NCBI GenBank assembly: GCA_965228855.1
Contig: CBDDIJ010000002.1
Span: 2,144,001 to 2,208,000 of the forward strand
Source of the DNA: Candidatus Obscuribacterales bacterium
GTDB lineage: Bacteria > Cyanobacteriota > Vampirovibrionia > Obscuribacterales > Obscuribacteraceae
Direction: 5' to 3'
Length of the DNA stretch: 64,000 nucleotides
Shown: one piece after another, positions 61,287 to 64,000 of the stretch
Position numbering within the stretch: the first letter of the stretch is position 1
Layout: the number at the start of each line of letters is the position of its first letter
Program-made: the position numbers and the translations under genes
Notes under the pieces: generated by a model
What the model was told of the DNA's origin: nothing
Databases searched by the model: none
The model's input: only the letters and a program-made list of their open reading frames with translations

Positions 61287-61895
61287 GTGTGGATTGCGTT
61301 CCTTGATTCATCCGTATTGTTTCCTGTCTTCATCAGCAACTTGCTGTTGTTCTTGAGCGAAGCAGAACTTTTTGATGTGCGCTGGAGCCGAGATGTTCAC
61401 AGAGAGTGGATGGAAAGGTTCGTCGAGCGATATCCTGACGCTGATCCATTGGCATTGAAGCGAAAGCAACAACGCATGGACAGCTTGTTTCCTGATGCTC
61501 TCGTTGAGGGATATGAGCCGTTAATCTCAACCTACAATCTTGACGATCCAAATGATAATCACGCTGCAGCAGCAGCTGACTGGGCGGGCGCAAATGTCAT
61601 TGTTACTGATAACATTAAAGACTTCCCGGACCATAAACTGCGCAAAGGAATGTTCGCGCAAACGGCTGATGACTTTATAGCCGACCAGATCCATCTCGCA
61701 AGCAAGAGCGCGCGCCTCGTCGCGATTGCATTGATAAGACACAAGAAGAGTTTGACGAAGTCGCGTCCAAATTGGCGACAATATTTCGATCAGCTGCGCG
61801 CACGGCTGCCGCAGACGTTTGATCTGGTAAATGATTCATCCTTCAGGACGCTGATCGCTGAAGCGTTGGCAGGCTGTGAATGGAAATTCGAATGA
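61287..61895 (+). CDS. PIN-domain protein, putative VapC-like toxin
   Basis: FLDSSVL, WS..V..E, DPNDNH..AAA, IVTDNIKDFP. Confidence 0.85.
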   Translation: MWIAFLDSSVLFPVFISNLLLFLSEAELFDVRWSRDVHREWMERFVERYPDADPLALKRKQQRMDSLFPDALVEGYEPLISTYNLDDPNDNHAAAAADWAGANVIVTDNIKDFPDHKLRKGMFAQTADDFIADQIHLASKSARLVAIALIRHKKSLTKSRPNWRQYFDQLRARLPQTFDLVNDSSFRTLIAEALAGCEWKFE

Positions 61896-61936
61896 GCTAG
61901 GCAGTCGGTGACTTGAAAGTGCTTACCAGTGCCATT

Positions 61937-62134
61937 TTACTTATCGGGAAAGAGCTTTCTGCCAGACAGCCTGTCCTGCTCGAGCAGTGCCTTCAATGTT
62001 TCCCAATCGCTGGTGTCATCAGTCTGATCGCTAGTCTCTAGCAGATGGTCGATGAACTTGATGGACTCCGCAGCATCAGGCCACCTTGCTTTCGAAGGCG
62101 TTTGCTCTGCAGAATCTTTGCGGGATGTGGTCAT
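61937..62134 (-). CDS. Small hypothetical protein
   Basis: 65 aa helical ORF. Confidence 0.4.
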   Translation of the reverse strand: MTTSRKDSAEQTPSKARWPDAAESIKFIDHLLETSDQTDDTSDWETLKALLEQDRLSGRKLFPDK

Positions 62135-62836
62135 GCTGCAGCCGACATGGTGGACTAGGAGTAGGTTGAGTCGATTCTACCATCGATCTCGGGACGCCAA
62201 GGGTTTCATCGGTTTGCCATGTTTCACCGCACGGTGAAACAACCAAATTGAGTGAAATTGTCAGCATATTCGCCATAACGGCTATATTTACTGCGCAGTA
62301 AATATCTGATAAATCGTGAATATGCTGGCCAGACGCCGGATGCAGGTTGCAATAGATGAACCGGCCTCAACAAGCTACCCCAAAATTCCATCAAAAACTG
62401 TGGCCCATTTTGTGGCCCCTCATGTGTCCATTCGTGACCATTAGCGCCGCTTCGCGCAGGCGACGAAAATCCCAAAACCCTCACCATCAAACAAAATCAA
62501 TTGACGAGTCTTAATGAGAATGGCTGCCCAGGCGATTCTCGCCGCCTCCACCATTTTTCTTGTTTAGAACAGGCTTCAATGCTTCACTGGTTCACGCTTT
62601 CGAGCATTCGCGTTTTTGCGTCTGCACGTAGGTGTGGCCCCTGTTGTGGCCCGTCGATTTATTTTTGGGAAACGAAATCACCCGGCCGAAATAAGATTGT
62701 TCACGCCTGCCATAGATTCTTCCTCCGGCGCGCGACTCGTCGAGGCACTATATACGGTGCTCTAATGATCGCACATTTGCCTTACCAACTGGTTGCACCA
62801 TTGGTTTGGTTTATCCGTTACGCTGCTTCTGTTATC

Positions 62837-63391
62837 ATGGCTGAGCGCGGATCATTTGTTCAGGGTCGAGTATTCATGCCGCTGGTGGATCCACATCTCT
62901 ATGTTCTTAAACGGCCGAGACCGCCTGGCACAACGTATGTGCTAAAGACAGAAGTCCTCCGGCGAGCTTTTGACGGAACCATCCAGGATTTGCGCATTGA
63001 GGTAGTATTCTGTGACAAGCAGTCATATTGGAAGAAAGATCGAGATAATCTGCGTGATACCGGCGTGGTACGCGTCATCGAACTGCGCTATGTACCTGAC
63101 GCTAAATACTGCCTTTCCGGCGAATGGCGTGAAGAGGGCTTAAGTCGCTTACTCCGAATAGATATCTATGCAGTTCCGATCTCCTCTTGGAAGGAATCTG
63201 GGCTGAACAAGGAACACGTTGAGCTGGCGTTGCAGCAAATCAAAAGCCAGCATTTGTCAATCGCCTCATGGAATTTTCCATGGCACTGTGATATCCGCCT
63301 GCTTGAGCAAGAGCACACTCTGTCTTGTCGTGGGGAATTTGCTTCAAGAATTGGAGAAGGGAAGGTGAGCGAGTGGATAGTGAGAGCATGA
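62837..63391 (+). CDS. Hypothetical protein (start 62837 or 62876)
   Basis: The 3' part of the 296 aa ORF lies outside the att/arm repeats. Confidence 0.55.
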   Translation: MAERGSFVQGRVFMPLVDPHLYVLKRPRPPGTTYVLKTEVLRRAFDGTIQDLRIEVVFCDKQSYWKKDRDNLRDTGVVRVIELRYVPDAKYCLSGEWREEGLSRLLRIDIYAVPISSWKESGLNKEHVELALQQIKSQHLSIASWNFPWHCDIRLLEQEHTLSCRGEFASRIGEGKVSEWIVRA

Positions 63392-63651
63392 GCCCTGGTC
63401 AGGCGGGTAAGACCAGCGCGCATTGGTTACCATGCAACTTCGTTAGCTGGGTACCATGCCGTCTGGTCCTAGTTGAATTGCTGCTTCCAAATATAGCTTC
63501 AGTGGCTTTTCCATCAGGTAGTCTATGTCATGCAAAAACGCGTCGCCAGTCTCCGTGTCTTTATCAGATAACAGGATGATTTCCTCAACTAGTTCTGGCG
63601 ATAGATGTTTTGCAATTTCCAACAAAGTGCTGCGCCATAACTCTCGTCATT

Positions 63652-63999
63652 TCATTCCTTGGACATAAACAATGCCGGTGATACCTTGAAATATTCCGCA
63701 AGTCGGCAGGCTGCTCTTTTGCTCAAGCCTCGATGCCCGCTAAGGAAAGCCGAGAGATTTGATTTGTATCCGACGTATTCAACGAGATCTGCCTGAGCTA
63801 GCCCATTCGACTCCATAAGAAATGCCAGGGCTTCTCGTGGTGTCATCTCTTCTGCCAATCGGGGAAGTCTCTTTTCGAACTGACCAATCAAATCTCCAAG
63901 GACAGTCAGATAATCGGCCTCGCCGTTGCTCAAGCTGCTTCGGCGGTACGCGAGCCGCTTCATAACTTTTATGGCTTCGTCGAATTCTGACTTGTCGCG
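63652..63999 (-). CDS. higA: HigA-family HTH antitoxin, 5' end beyond the window
   Basis: L..LI..FE, P.EAL.FLMESNGL.QADL, S..LSG.R.LS, LAEYFKVSP..F. Confidence 0.8.
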   Translation of the reverse strand, partial: RDKSEFDEAIKVMKRLAYRRSSLSNGEADYLTVLGDLIGQFEKRLPRLAEEMTPREALAFLMESNGLAQADLVEYVGYKSNLSAFLSGHRGLSKRAACRLAEYFKVSPALFMSKE

Positions 64000-64000
64000 T

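Larger units (their letters stand above)
55924..62553. mobile_element. tmRNA-integrated genomic island 1 (~6.6 kb) with defective integrase
   Basis: Direct repeat of the tmRNA 3' end GCGATTCTCGCCGCCTCCACCA at 55924-55945 and 62532-62553; tyrosine integrase pseudogene inside. Confidence 0.88.
62532..64000. mobile_element. Second, related tmRNA-site island with integrase deleted; extends beyond the window
   Basis: 62532-62685 repeats 55924-56077; 62703-62779 repeats the integrase 5' end and promoter at 58394-58470. Confidence 0.75.

Noticed and set aside
62501..62836. N-terminal part of the 296 aa ORF, and the similar ORF 55896-56201
   Set aside because: Both read through the non-coding att/arm repeat; their peptide similarity only reflects the DNA duplication

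Overview
Bacterial chromosomal window of about 50% GC. The gene content (TolC, DICT/GAF-GGDEF-HD-GYP protein, Ser/Thr kinase, many TPR/LRR and lineage-specific proteins, no photosynthesis genes) suggests a non-photosynthetic cyanobacterial relative such as Melainabacteria/Obscuribacterales; this is an inference. Core genes: hup, recJ-apt, birA, cobB, nrdAB under a cobalamin riboswitch, glpK, pcp, tRNA-Leu(CAA), prmA and ssrA (tmRNA). Highlights: (1) Two loci share the layout [cargo genes ->][<- sensor kinase][OmpR regulator ->], each with its own repeated 11-bp-periodic promoter box. The cargo proteins lack Sec signals but share a ~50-60 aa leader ending in an LPxLxI/LEF beta-motif. They include an annexin-repeat/glycine-zipper/HD-like giant protein and a papain-like/annexin protein, so this is a candidate undescribed regulated effector-export system. 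(2) An 11-copy, ~40-bp palindromic tandem array after apt. (3) Two tandem, related, integrase-defective islands at the tmRNA 3' end carrying toxin-antitoxin genes; the second keeps only the left arm plus the integrase promoter and first codons. All calls were made by eye from sequence motifs, with no database searches.
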